In this document: positions 1 through 14,228 of the stretch, one piece after another
Layout of the letters: each line of letters opens with the position of its first letter
Position numbering within the stretch: the first letter of the stretch is position 1
From: Eledone cirrhosa
Lineage: Eukaryota
Reading direction: 5' to 3'
Length of the DNA: 64,000 nucleotides
Assembly (NCBI GenBank): GCA_964016885.1
Contig: OZ024746.1
Span: 27,838,001 to 27,902,000, forward strand
Position numbers and translations under genes: made by a program
The notes under the pieces: generated by a model
Database searches by the model: none
The model's input: the letters and a program-made list of their open reading frames with translations, nothing else
Told to the model about the DNA's origin: nothing

Positions 1-738
1 TCAGTGACTGGGGATTTCTTTCTTCGTTTCTGTGCCTTTCCTTTCTTCTATCCTACGCCATTTTGTTTGTGTGTGGGTTGCGTGCTCAGTTTGCGCATGC
101 GCCACATCCGGGTGTCTGTGTGTGTGTTTGTGTTCATTTTTCTATTTTTCTATTTATATTTTTCTATTTGTTTGTTTATTTATTTATTTATTGTTGGTTG
201 GTTGTTTGTTCTATGTGTGTGTGTGTTTTCATTTTGTCTTGTGTGTGTTTTCAATTGTAAGTTGTTTGTTCTATGTGTGTGTGTGTTTTCATTTTGTCCT
301 TAATTGTAAGTTGTGATGTTGCTGTTCCACTCATATTTTCTATTTAATTTTGGTTTTAATTCTTTTATGCTTACTGCCTCTGTAATTTGCCTAAACATTG
401 CGTCTTTCTTGTGTGTGGATTCTATTTTTATTTCTATGCTCTCTAATTTACCCCTGTGTTCTATCTTAGCATGTTGGTAGAGCACAGATGATTCTTTACT
501 ATCTTGGAGGTCTCGCCAGTGTTCATTTATTCGTTCCCCTATACTACGAGCTGTCTCACCTATGTACACTACATTTTTGTTTCTACATTGTCCTTCAGTA
601 CATCTTATGCTATATACTACATTTCTAGTTTTACAGTTAATATGGGGGCTTATTTTACAGGTTATGCATTTCTTATCTATACATGAGGGTCTTTGGAACG
701 GGTATGTCTTGCTAATAAGTGTTTTTACGGAGGTACCA

Positions 739-1316
739 ATAGAATAAACTCATGGTATGATAGCAATAAATACCAGAGTGTAATGTTCATCAATACAACC
801 CCTAGAGGCGAACTAGCCTACAAATTTAGAAGGGCCCTAAAGAAACATAATCTCAATATTAAGATAGTAGAAAGACCTGGTACCTCCGTAAAAACACTTA
901 TTAGCAAGATATACCCGTTCCAAAGACCCTCATGTATAGATAAGAAATGCATAACCTGTAAAATAAGCCCCCATATTAACTGTAAAACTAGAAATGTAGT
1001 ATATAGCATAAGATGTACTGAAGGACAATGTAGAAACAAAAATGTAGTGTACATAGGTGAGACAGCTCGTAGTATAGGGGAACGAATAAATGAACACTGG
1101 CGAGACCTCCAAGATAGTAAAGAATCATCTGTGCTCTACCAACATGCTAAGATAGAACACAGGGGTAAATTAGAGAGCATAGAAATAAAAATAGAATCCA
1201 CACACAAGAAAGACGCAATGTTTAGGCAAATTACAGAGGCAGTAAGCATAAAAGAATTAAAACCAAAATTAAATAGAAAATATGAGTGGAACAGCAACAT
1301 CACAACTTACAATTAA
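739..1316 (+). pseudogene. C-terminal part of PLE protein: Cys/His Zn-linker and GIY-YIG endonuclease (RT domain missing)
   Basis: ORF 693..1316: CIDKKCITC...NCKTRNVVYSIRC...VVYIGETARSIGERINEH...LYQH...RQITEAVSI...PKLN. Codons before 739 come from the inverted arm, so there is no genuine start. Confidence 0.88.
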
Positions 1317-1606
1317 GGACAAAATGAAAACACACACACACATAGAACAAACAACTTACAATTGAAAACACACACAAGACAAAATGAAAACACACACACA
1401 CATAGAACAAACAACCAACCAACAATAAATAAATAAATAAACAAACAAATAGAAAAATATAAATAGAAAAATAGAAAAATGAACACAAACACACACACAG
1501 ACACCCGGATGTGGCGCATGCGCAAACTGAGCACGCAACCCACACACAAACAAAATGGCGTAGGATAGAAGAAAGGAAAGGCACAGAAACGAAGAAAGAA
1601 ATCCCC

Positions 1607-1651
1607 AGTCACTGAAGAGGTCACAGAGTGTGTGACGAAAGAACTATGACT
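1607..1651 (+). ncRNA. Minimal type I hammerhead ribozyme motif at PLE 3' end
   Basis: AGTCA-CTGAAGA-G-GTCACA(gagtg)TGTGAC-GAAA-GAAC-TA-TGACT: stem I AGTCA/TGACT, core CUGAAGA/GAAA, 6-bp stem II, 2-bp stem III, predicted cut after 1646. Confidence 0.75.
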
Positions 1652-1872
1652 ATATATATATAAACAACTATCTGGTTGTGGAACGAACCAACCAACCAGA
1701 AATTTATAAATTTATAAATTTGTAAACTTATAAATATTTAATAAATTAAATTGAAGTGAAAGCAACTGGTGCGTGTGTTTCTTATTGGCAACATGACCCT
1801 CCCAAAGTATAACAATATCGGTTTCAACACACGATTTCAGATAAAGAATCTTGCTAAACAAATTCAGAAACG

Positions 1873-1947
<75 letters not shown>

Positions 1948-1950
<3 letters not shown>

Positions 1951-2086
1951 CGAAGGAAATGTGGTAAGGAACCAGGTGGACCGTAACGCACCTACTTTGG
2001 TGCGTTACGGTCCACCTGGTTCCTTACCACATTTCCTTCGTTATCTAGCTCCTACTCCCGTAGTAGAGCACTTTCCGACCCTACCT

Positions 2087-2088
<2 letters not shown>
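1948..2088. mobile_element. Fold-back element family A, copy 1, in (TA)n
   Basis: About 45-bp perfect arms (taacgaaggaaatgtgg...gcacc / ggtgc...ccttcgtta) around a short loop. The arm sequence recurs at ~9550, ~21775 and ~58105. (TA)n on both sides. Confidence 0.7.
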
Positions 2089-2144
<56 letters not shown>

Positions 2145-2403
2145 CGAAGCTGAAAATTCGGCTTCGTACATTGTCTGTGTGTGTATCTTCGGTTAACTTT
2201 CCTCTGTGTTGTTTACTTGTCTCACTCGCTTTACGCGTTTTAATTGTCCTAATAACTTATTTTAGTTATTATTGCGCCAACGTGAGGTATATGATTTTTA
2301 ATGCAATGAAATACCTGTGACCGTTGGTAAATCACTGATGAGGGACTCATTTTATAACATGTTATCCATGTGCAACCATGCAGTATTCTTCTCCCCATTT
2401 TTT

Positions 2404-2461
<58 letters not shown>

Positions 2462-4142
2462 GAAAATACGTATTACCTTTGTTGGTTTTCGTATATAGAT
2501 TTCTTACAATAAAAATCTTATTTATTTTCCATTTAAAATTTTATATACACATAGTTGTGTGTGGACGTATATGTGTGAAAGATGTGTGTATTATAATACA
2601 ATCATATGAACGCTACATCAACCATTTTCTAACGAAAGTATATATTCACTACGAGTGTTCTTCACGTAAGATAAAAATAGCATAAATTGCAACCGAGCAC
2701 TACATATTAAACCTAAAATAACTGATGATAGTATTAAGCTGTTGATATTTTAAAATGTTAACTTAATTTGAAGCGACGTTTCATGTTGTTATCTATAGTT
2801 AACATCGGAGAAAATATTTTCAACGTAAAAATAAAGTTACATGCTGTCAAAGTTATGATCTCCTTTTAACCTTTTCTAAACCAAACCGTCCAATATCACC
2901 TCAGGTTCTATGATAAAAATCTGTTTCTTTTAGAATGTTTATATTTAACTAAATACATTCCATCGTAATTCTATAAGAACTTTTATGTCATACCTTAAAC
3001 AACATTTTAGACATTTCTCATACCCAACCACCTAACATTATACCCGGTTCTACGTTAAAAAATATGTTTACGAATATTTGTTAAGTTATAATCAGAACAC
3101 CAGATAAATAATGAGAAAGTTTGTAATGTAAATAAATCTCTTCATTTTCCCCAATTATTCGAGAATCATAGGCGTTGTATTTCATTAGAAATATGATAAA
3201 CAGCTTCGACCTTAATATAGTATCAAAGAATTTGCTAAGTTATGATCCAAACATTGGCTGGATAATGAGAAAAAAGCTAACTCCATGACTAAATTCATCC
3301 AAATTCTGGATGTTATCAACAATATTAATAGATAGTAGGTAATGTTCTTATCATTTGAAATATGGTAACGAGAGATATATGAATAAATCTTTAGTTATAT
3401 TCACATATATTTGGTAGTACAGTAAAGTATGTGCCAGAAATGTTTAATTTTAGAGAGTAGAAGGTAGATAAAAGTGAGATATTGAAATAAGTATATATTA
3501 CGGAAATAATTTCTGTCACTCTAATTTTATAACTGTTCATTATGTGCATGTGTGTGTGCGTAAGAGAGAGAGAGGTATGTGTTTGCCACTGTTTTTTTAA
3601 GGGTTAGCCCGCCTCCTGTTCCCGGCGAACAAGATAGAGAAGACTCATGTTTTATAACCTTACTTACTATCACTATGTTTTTGTTTTTGTATTAACGATC
3701 GAAGGGATTTCTGCGTGTTCGTACAAACATGCAGAAATTACCAGACTGTTTTTTCTCAATTCTTTACTTAAAAAAGAGGGGTGCGTAATGGATAACGTAG
3801 AATTATATGTTAAATGCGTAAAGAAAAATGTGATGGTCATAGCTGGAACATGTTTCATAATATGTCGCCTCATTCTGGACTGGTAGAAGGACTAGATACA
3901 ATAACGAAAGTGTGCAGGAAGTTGTTAAGCACTCAACCACTCCACAATCAGTAATCGTATTATATATGTCAATATTTATACATAGAGCCCAGATATATGC
4001 ATACGTATATGAACCATATATAAACACATATATACCTACGAACGTATATTTATGCATATATATATATATTTTTTTTAATGTTTCTGTAATGTATGTATTT
4101 AGGTATGTAGGTATATAATATATAATACTATATATGTATGTA

Positions 4143-4211
<69 letters not shown>

Positions 4212-4255
4212 GGGTGTATGTATGTGTGTGTAAGTATTCATGCATATATATATAC

Positions 4256-4382
<127 letters not shown>

Positions 4383-4737
4383 CGTGCGTGCGTGTGTGTG
4401 TGTAGATCATATTGACTGATTATATTAAAAACATAAAACATTCAGTATATCAGTGTGTTAAAAAAAACGAAACATTTGTATTTTGGTAATTAAATAATAA
4501 TGAAATAGAAAGAAATATACAGAATATTACATGGAAATAAATTATCTTATGAAAAAAATGTAGTTATGTATTTGAAGTGATAATTTTCTCCTTACACTCT
4601 ACCTGTTACATTTAACACCGATAAATACCTCTTAGAATGAAATGTAGTTTCACTGGTTTAATTTTTTTTCTTCATTCTTTGAAATATAGCACAGATATAC
4701 TATTAAGAATTATCATTGAATTTGAATTGGTGATATC

Positions 4738-4814
<77 letters not shown>

Positions 4815-4845
4815 CGTGTGTGTGTGTATGTATGTATGTATGTAT

Positions 4846-5206
4846 GAAAACTCTGATATAACACCTGCAACCCTGATGGTATCCAATGATGTTGTCTTGT
4901 TCTTCTTTTTGGTAAATATCATCTTGGTTAAGAGAGTGGGACTGGCTTTGTGCAGTGCCTTTGCTCACTATAAAATCTTCACGGCACAGGCATTGCTTTA
5001 TATCTGGAGATCTCCCTGCGCTTGTCGTCACATGGTACCATGGGCCCAGCACTATGTGTCAATAATTGTCACAAGTGTAGTGTTCGTACCAGAGTTTTCA
5101 AGTCGCTGGCTAGACTAAAAAGTCACACTCGTTCAGCGCATCGGTAGGGGTTCTCATACATGGATATAAAGTAGTGGCCGTACTCGAAATCGAGTTGGCA
5201 GCCACC
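4846..5206 (-). mobile_element. Possible degenerate 3' fragment of an RLE-type LINE in a (CATA)n tract
   Basis: Flanked on both sides by (TATG)n. Frameshifted minus-strand peptides KLWYEH / TTLVTII / VLG / IVSKGTAQS resemble the ..LW..VPIVIGALG..VLLGTA.. C-terminus seen at 43127 and 44155. Confidence 0.35.
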
Positions 5207-5373
5207 ATGTATGTATGTATGTATGTATGTATGTATGTATGTATGTATGTATGTATGTATGTATGTATGTATGTATGTATGCATGTATGTATGTGTGTAA
5301 GTATGGATGTATATATGTATGTATATGTTCTTCTGGTTTTATAATTTCACATGTATGTATGTTTGTATGTGTG

Positions 5374-5424
<51 letters not shown>

Positions 5425-5780
5425 ATTTGAAGACTAAAATCCAGAGAGGGCTCGATAAGGATAAATATATATCAAATATATAAGAACCGTAGAGCAAATA
5501 TTTATTAAAATAACAGATTAAAGTTTAAGCAAAGAATCGCTGCTTTCACCCTTAACGGGATCTTCTGAAACTAACAAAGTCAATATGTAAATGCAGAGGT
5601 GGATATTTCAAAAAACGTTGCAACCGGAGGAAGACAGGTAGACGATACTTTGCTTCGTGGAAACGTTCCCTGGCAAAGAACGGGAAAAAACGAATATAAT
5701 ACGTAATTAATAGGAGCGGTGAAAAACAATTACGCGCAAAGACAGAACCACGTTTATGGTATAAAAGAAGTCGTAGACTA

Positions 5781-5911
5781 ATAATTGTTTCTACTTTAGG
5801 CACAAGGCCAGCAATTACCCAGTGCATTACTGGTACTTTATTTTATCGACCCCGTAAGGATGAAAGGCAAAGTCAACCTCGGCGGGATTTGAACTCAGCG
5901 GGATTTGAACT
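5781..5911 (-). mobile_element. tRNA-type SINE, truncated/rearranged copy in left arm
   Basis: tgtttctactttaggcacaaggccagcaattacccagtgcattactggtactttattttatcgacccc...gaactcag matches the family consensus. Confidence 0.85.
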
Positions 5912-6967
5912 TATGGTATAAAAGAAGCCGTAGACTAATAATGTTCTCTTAGGTGGTTCATAGAGACGTTCTCTGGCAATGAACGGAAAAAACGAAGATA
6001 ATACGTCATATGTGGAGCGTGGAGAACAATTGCACGCAAAGACAAAACCACGTAAATGGTATAGCTGAAGTCGTAGATTAAATTCTAACTACGAAACCGA
6101 ATGAGTCTCCGCTTCAGAGTTAAGAATAAAGTAAATAAATACAATACAGGGGTAACAGAAATTAAATAAATGCATACACACATTCAAATACGTACATACA
6201 CAAGCATACGCAAAACACTTGCCATAGGTATACAAAACCACGCACATATAAATATGTGTGTGTGTGTGTGCGTGTATACAAATAAATAATTAAATAAACG
6301 TATATAAATAAATAAATACGTATATAACAAGCGCACCCACATACCTACATGTAAATACACAAATGTTCGAAGACGTAAGTCAGCCAAAACATGAAGTACA
6401 CATATACACACACCCTACATACGTACGAACCTGCATACACACGCAGACGCAAAACTCCCGAATAAAAACATGAAGTACACATGTAGGTGTGTGTATATGT
6501 GTACTTCATGTTTTTGCTGACTTACGTCTTCGAACATTTGTGTATTTACATGTAGGTATGTGGGTGCGCTTGTTATATACGTATTTATTTATATACGTTA
6601 TTTAATTATTTATTTGTATACACGCTCACACACACACACATATTTATATGTGCGTGGTTTTGTATACCTATGGCAAGTGTTTTGCGTATGCTTGTGTATG
6701 TACGTATTTGAATGTGTGTATGCATTTATTTAATTTCTATTACCCCTGTATTGTATTTATTTACTTTATTCTTAACTCTGAAGCGGAGATTCATTCGGTT
6801 TCCTAGTTAGAATTTAGTCTACGACTTCAGCTATACCATTTACGTGGTTTTGTCTTTGCGTGCAATTGTTCTCCACGCTCCACATATGACGTATTATCTT
6901 CGTTTTTTCCGTTCATTGCCAGAGAACGTCTCTATGAACCACCTAAGAGAACATTATTAGTCTACGA

Positions 6968-7147
6968 TGGATTGGCAGTATCGGTAGAGAGTCGGACGCC
7001 ATGCTTTCCAGCATAGTTACGTCCCTTTACGATCTGAGTTCAAATCCCGCCGAGGTTGACTTTGCCTTTCATCCTTACGGGGTCGATAAAATAAAGTACC
7101 AGTAATGCACTGGGTAATTGCTGGCCTTGTGTCAAAAGTAGAAACAA
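6968..7147 (+). mobile_element. tRNA-type SINE with target-site duplication
   Basis: tggattggcagtatcggtaga (A-box-like)...gagttcaaatccc (B-box)...aaagtagaaac. TSD attattagtctacga at ~6953 and ~7147. Confidence 0.9.
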
Positions 7148-7357
7148 TTATTAGTCTACGACTTCTTTTATACCATAAACGTGGTTCTGTCTTTGCGCGT
7201 AATTGTTTTTCACCGCTCCTATTAATGACGTATTATTCGTTTTTTCCCGTTCTTTGCCAGGGAGCGTTTCCACGAACCAAAGTATCGTCTTCCTGTCTTC
7301 CTCCGGTTGCAACGTTTTTTGAAATATCCACTTCTGCGCTTACAGATTGACTTTGTT

Positions 7358-7408
7358 AGTTTCAGAAGATCCCGTTAAGGGTGAAAGCAGCGATTCTTTG
7401 CTTAAACT
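7358..7408 (+). ncRNA. Degenerate hammerhead-like fold (mirror copy at 5522-5572, minus)
   Basis: AGTTT-CAGAAGA-T-CCC(gttaa)GGG-T-GAAA-GCA(gcgattctt)TGC-TT-AAACT. All three stems pair, but the core has U4>A. Confidence 0.45.
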
Positions 7409-7424
7409 TTAATCTGTTATTTTA

Positions 7425-7563
<139 letters not shown>

Positions 7564-9157
7564 AGAGAAATGGTATTCGTAGCCGACGGTGGCAATTTCG
7601 TTTCTCATCTATAAAGGTCTTCATCCTATTTTATAAGCTATTTTATAGTACCTCTGCGCATGAGCACATACTTTTTATATCAAATATACATATGTGTGTG
7701 TGGTATAAGGTGTGTGTGTGTACACAGAGACAGAGATATGTATCTGGCTGTGCGCCACGCGTCTATGTGTGAGTCTTTGTAAGAGTGTATGGTTATAATT
7801 TCGGTTTTATGCAATTTAGAATTACAGGAGTAAAAACTAGAGTAAACTTAAAGAAATAAACAATATAACATTTTACACTGTTACCTTATGTTATGATATT
7901 TTATCCTACCATTTTCAAAGCAAAGAAATGGAGTATCTTGTTGATGACAAGAAAACAAAAGATTAACCTGTTGTCGTATTTTGTTGTTATGTTATTTACT
8001 GTTGCCACTCTTGCTTCATATAAACTATATCTAATTTAACTTTGTTCGATGCTCTATGATGGATATGGGCACAAACCCTTCCTATAGGTGATGCCATTAA
8101 AAACGCTGTGATAAATTAGAAGATATGAGAAGGTTAATGGTTATCATAGAAGCTGCTATGAAGAAGACTCTTTCACCACAATCTCATTCGATTACCAAGA
8201 GATTTTACGGTGTGAATTCAAATAAAATAAATGATCTCTTTGCCTTTCGAGATCGATAAATACATAACAGCCCTCTGCTGTCATATGATGCATATTCTAT
8301 TATATTATGGAATGGAGTGACCAGAGCGTGTCCGTGTCTGCTCGTAATTACATGGATTCCCATAGCTTTAGCAAACTGTACGATAGGGCGACAAATATTG
8401 TTAAGGTAAATGAAGTTGAATATACTATCGGAAATTTCTATAGACTGGTATAAATTGTTGTACAGAGAAAACGAGTTTGGAGAGTTCAGTGAGAAGAGAT
8501 GATTGCTATGACACATTTTATTCCTTTGCTTCTAAATCATTGATTCTTAGAAAAATTGAAGGAATTTGTCTATAAATACATACAAAGCATGTTTACAATA
8601 ACGGAACTACATTCTAGCTAAATTTAGAAGCGATTAATTCTCTGGGGCAAAATAGGAAAGTAACAGTGAAATATTATATGTGTAATCTATAGCGATTGGT
8701 TAAGAAAGAGGTAAACTAAAGCGATAACTGTAATTTCAACATCGAATTTGACTCTTGCGATGATAGAAATAACAGACGCATCATTGAATCTTAGTCGTAT
8801 TCATTCAAATAATACCTTTCTCTTAACATTCGCATCGATTCAGACAACTACGTAATAATTGACATGAATCTTGATGTTTGCCAACTATTCGCAATCGATA
8901 TAATTCTCTGTAGAAATGTCTATGTATAAAGACTGCGTTTTGATAGCATTACCAGTAGTTTCCGTGGAGAAATGCAAGGAAAGTGAGATATATATATATT
9001 GTAATGAGTTACTACCCAACTGCCGAACTCTTGCAATTTCAACGAGAAGTAACTCATTCCAATACCTATATTCTACTTATATCGAATACCAAGCTGAACA
9101 ATTTTCCTATTTGTCTAAAGATCTGGAAACTACCAATATATATATATATATATATAT

Positions 9158-9348
9158 ATTGGTAAACGGAAAAGAAAATGCTGACAAATTGTTCACAGTG
9201 AAAAATAGTTTAATTAGGAATAAGTGAGAATTAGTAATAGTATTGGTTAGTATTCAGTTTTGGTTTTAAGTTTTACCGGTTGCGCATTTCTAATGCTTTT
9301 CAAAAATAATTTTGAGATAGAGCGTCCGTGATGTTTGCTCTGATCTCT
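9158..9348 (-). mobile_element. Family B short element in (TA)n (same family as 16863-17470)
   Basis: ggtaaacggaaaagaaaatgctgacaaattg...accggttgcgcatttctaatgcttttcaaaaataattttgagatagag aligns with 16865-17035. Confidence 0.75.
9271..9306 (-). ncRNA. Variant minimal hammerhead fold (U3-A8 core, GCAA)
   Basis: Minus strand: TTT-TTGAAAA-GCAT(tagaa)ATGC-GCAAC-CG-GTA-AAA, with palindromic stem III ACCGGT. Confidence 0.5.
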
Positions 9349-9374
9349 CTATATATATATATATACACATATAT

Positions 9375-9599
9375 AGGAAAAGTGTCAGGACCCCGACGGC
9401 TGAACTCCGACTGTTTCGACAGCTAGATCCGAACTAAGTCAGCAGACTTCTGGCTTATCTCCGATCGAGCTGTCGAAGCGGCCGGAGCTCATCCGTCGGG
9501 GTCCTGACTCTTTCCCCATTACCCACTCTACTACCCTACGTATCGAGTAATCTGGAGCGTTTTGGTCCCCCTAGTTTCTTAACATACTCTCTTTGTTAT
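9375..9599 (+). mobile_element. Fold-back element family A, copy 2
   Basis: Arms gtcaggaccccgacggctgaactccgactgtttcgacagct / agctgtcgaagcggccggagctcatccgtcggggtcctgac, then tail ttacccactctactaccct... shared with the other copies. TA-rich flanks. Confidence 0.7.
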
Positions 9600-9642
9600 G
9601 TATATATTTATGTATATATATATATGTATGTATATTGGGAGT

Positions 9643-9737
<95 letters not shown>

Positions 9738-10360
9738 AAAGGACATTAACTGATTGAGCACTCAATAATGGCTGGGAATTTGTAAATTTCATTATCCATG
9801 TAGAAAATTGTCTGCGTCTTCGATGTGTATATGATTGTATATTTGTCTGTTTGTGGGTTTGGGTGTGCATGGGTGATTGCGTACGTAGGTTTTATGGTTG
9901 GCTAGTCGTAATTGGTTGTTTGGAGAGTATTTGTTGGAGTGTATGTGTGTGTTGAGTATATATATATATACTTGACTGTTTATTTTAGAGGTTTTGCTGA
10001 AAACAATAGATTCTTGACACTACCAATATGTATTGAATACTCATGTTTTTATGTGTAGCTGTACATACCACAGACATATTGATAAGAATATGTAAATAAA
10101 TAAATAATATATATATATACACACACATATATATATATATAGAGAGAGAGATATATATACATATATATATACATATATATATGTATGTATATATATATGG
10201 GAGGAGGTTATAGTTCACTTGAAGCATTGTGTAATGAGGTATAAACGTTTGAATATGTGTAATAAAGCCAAAACAATGCAGGTATGGACATAGAAAAAAG
10301 AATGCAATTGTAAAAGATATTGTTGACAATTCGTCCTTTACCTTAGATTTATTTAAATAT

Positions 10361-10395
10361 CCTTAATTTTCGAGATAATATCTCTTCTTCAGAGG
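10361..10395 (-). ncRNA. Minimal hammerhead motif within a probable PLE-derived remnant (~10200-10900)
   Basis: Minus strand: CCT-CTGAAGA-A-GAGAT(att)ATCTC-GAAA-AT-TA-AGG. Same extra purine after A9 as the motif at 1607. Preceded in the sense direction by CA-rich sequence, as in the PLE at 1317-1600. Confidence 0.6.
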
Positions 10396-11761
10396 GAAAT
10401 AAAGGTCTCAAACCAGCGTTCTAAATATCTTGCCAAGCCAAGCTGACAGGAAATAGTATAGAGTATCTGTTCTATCTCTAATGTCAAAGAGTTAAAATTA
10501 GGTGGATAAAGAGTAGTCTCCCTTTAAAAGGGGTTTGTTTAGGGTTTTTTATTTTTTTTATTTTATATACATGCCTGTATAAGTGTGTGGGAGAATGCAT
10601 GAAGGTGTAAGTATGTGAGTGTGTGTGTGTGAGTGTGAGAAGATAAGTCTATTCGTAAATGTGGGGGATAGGTGTTATCTGGTGTTAGAACTGGTTTTGT
10701 GTGTGTATGTGTGAGAGAGAATAAGTGGAGGTGTAAACGTGTGTGTGTGCGCGTGCGTGTGTGTGTGTGTATATATATACTGACTTTGTATTTAGATAAC
10801 AGGGTATACGTTATATTAATCTGTATTTTCAACACGCATGATTAGGAGTTGTATGTATGCACGTTGGTTAAGCATGCAATAAATATTTTGGTTAATTCCT
10901 ATACACCAACATTTATTTAAGGAAAGGCGTAAATATATAATATATTTTCCAAAAGTTTATTGTTGACAGATCCATGAAATTGATTGAACAGTGCTCACTG
11001 AATTTAATATAAATTTCTAATGAATACCCACCAGCTATTTAATGGCAATGCTAGTTTCGTTTCACGTTTCTATTACATTTCAAGTATCACCTCCTTTAAT
11101 ATCCTAAAGCTAAATATATTTTCTATTATATGTTTGTCTTCAGAGAAACAAAATAAGAAATAAACGTTAAAAAGTGTATTTATTTCTTGGCAAATTATAT
11201 GCATTTCATGTGAGTTTTCTCTATAATGGCGTAAAAAATGGAATAGAATGAAATAAAAGAAAATGGCGAATGTACTGCCGCCATAGAAACATTGTCAGAT
11301 ACGATATGAACGTAAAAATTTATCACGTGATTCTGTTCCATTGTCAGTTTGATTTAAGATCATCTAACATTAATAATTTCTCCAACAAACTAATGCAGTG
11401 AACAATAATTACGTTTCTTTGTTTTCTTCAGTGCATGTTATTGTTATTATTATTATTATTGTTATTATCATTATTATTATTATTGAAAAATAAACTATTC
11501 GAAGAGATAAAATACTTCTGTCCAGAAAATGTGAGAGCTTTTGTTCATGAAATCACGGAAGAAATGCTTAAGGAAGAATTCGGAGATCCTCGTGATGTAT
11601 ATAATACTTAATGGGTGAACAAGAATATGCATTGTTCTGACACGATCTAGATAGTGAGTTCTTACCTATCTGTTGTGGAAAGCCATTATGTTTTATATTA
11701 TACCATGTTATATCATTTTATATCTATTTTCTGGCATGTTTATATGCCTAGAAATTTGATA

Positions 11762-11812
<51 letters not shown>

Positions 11813-11969
11813 TGGTACACACTCTTATTTATGTCGACATAACTTTATCTTACACTTTAGCTGCTAGCGCACCTCCGAATCGTTAAAACCCTCTTCCTTT
11901 TATTTCAAGTGTTAAACTAATATATTCCTTCCATATATTGTATCGTTCGTGTTTTTATTTCTGTTTACC

Positions 11970-12900
<931 letters not shown>

Positions 12901-13211
12901 ACATATATAGTTCAACTTCATATATAGTTCAAGAATAAACAAAACAAACACAGAGATGATAAAACACAAAGTTTTATATATATTCTATACTATACTATTC
13001 GCTTCTATTATGTTATATCATTTATACGAACAATAAAATAAGAATTGGTGTATGCAGATATGAAGACAGCCGACAAAATACACTGAAAGTAAACACCAAA
13101 CATTTGAAAAAGAATTATCTAGAAATATATTTATTCTCCTTTTGATGTATCATTTCATATCTTGTGAAGCAGGATATATTCTGACTGATTAGTCATAACA
13201 TAACAGACCGC

Positions 13212-13243
<32 letters not shown>

Positions 13244-13544
13244 CAGCAGCATGAGCAGCAGCAGCAGTAGTAGTAGTAGTAGTAGCAGCAGCAGCATCAT
13301 CATCAACAAGAGCAGCATCATCAACAGTGGTAGTAGTAGTAGTAGTAGTAGTAATTGTTACTGCTTGACTCAGTTGTTTAATATTCAAGCGGTGACAAGA
13401 ACGGAAGTAACAGCATTAAAGGTTTCTTAGAGGAAATGAAAGAAAAAATATCAAATAAACCACAACAAATAAATATATATTTCTATCTTCCAATGACTGG
13501 AAATTGAATAAATAACGAGTAGTTTTAGGATGAGATGGAAAACT

Positions 13545-14112
13545 CTCAAATTTAGGCACAAGGCCAGCAATTTGAAGAAAGGGGGCGAAAGTCGATTAAA
13601 TCGACTCTAGTGGGATTACTGGTTCTTATTTAATCGATCCCGATACTTAAGTATGAAAGGCATAAAGCATGTTGCCCAACGCTCTAACGATAGTGCCAAT
13701 CATCCGCCCTAAAATAATATATAATGATAGTTTTGACTTTAGGCACAAGGCCAGCAATTTTGGGGTGGGGAAAGTCGATTAAATCGACCCCAGTACATTA
13801 CTGGTGCTTTATTTTATCGACCCCGTAAGGATCAAAGGCAAAGCTAACGTCGGTGGGATTCGAACTCAGAACGTAAAGGTACGTAACTATGCCACGAAGT
13901 ATGGTGTCCGACTCTCTACCTATTCTGCACAAGACTGACAATGTGTGAGGATGGAAAAGTGGATCATATCGACCCCCAGTACTTTACTGGTACTTTACTT
14001 TATCGACCTCTCAAAAGGGTAAAAAGTAAGGTTGGCTTCGTCGGGATTTGAACTCTTAAGCCGAAACAGATATTACTAAGAGGTTGCCCGACTATCTAAC
14101 GATTCTGCCAGA
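13545..14112 (-). mobile_element. Three tandem diverged SINE copies
   Basis: Repeated taggcacaaggccagcaattt...gtcgattaaatcgac...ctggtactttattttatcgacc...gaactc at ~13550, ~13740 and ~13960. Confidence 0.8.
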
Positions 14113-14228
14113 TGATATGAGGGGCGGTAAGAAGGAGGAAGGGGGGAGGAGGAAAGGTTGATAGAAGTAGATTGGCTTGCAAGAAGGATCAACAAGACGA
14201 TGAAGACGACAATGGGAATAATGATATA

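Larger units (their letters stand above)
1..1740 (+). mobile_element. 5'-truncated Penelope-like retroelement (PLE) with inverted arm; left arm runs off the window
   Basis: 1-738 is the reverse complement of 878-1615 (paired coordinates sum to 1616). GIY-YIG ORF remnant, CA-rich 3' UTR and hammerhead motif at the 3' end. An inverted 5' copy is typical PLE geometry. Right end approximate. Confidence 0.88.

Noticed and set aside
300-569. Separate minus-strand GIY-YIG gene
   Set aside because: Mirror image of 1047-1316 within the inverted arm of the same element.
2333-2390. Hammerhead at cactgatgaggga...gcaaccatgcagta
   Set aside because: CUGAUGA is present, but stems II/III and GAAA cannot be formed convincingly; at best a decayed remnant.
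9400-9450. Hammerhead in family A (minus: ctgctgac...gtcgaaacagtc)
   Set aside because: Core is non-canonical, stem I is absent, and the GUC is not kept in other copies.
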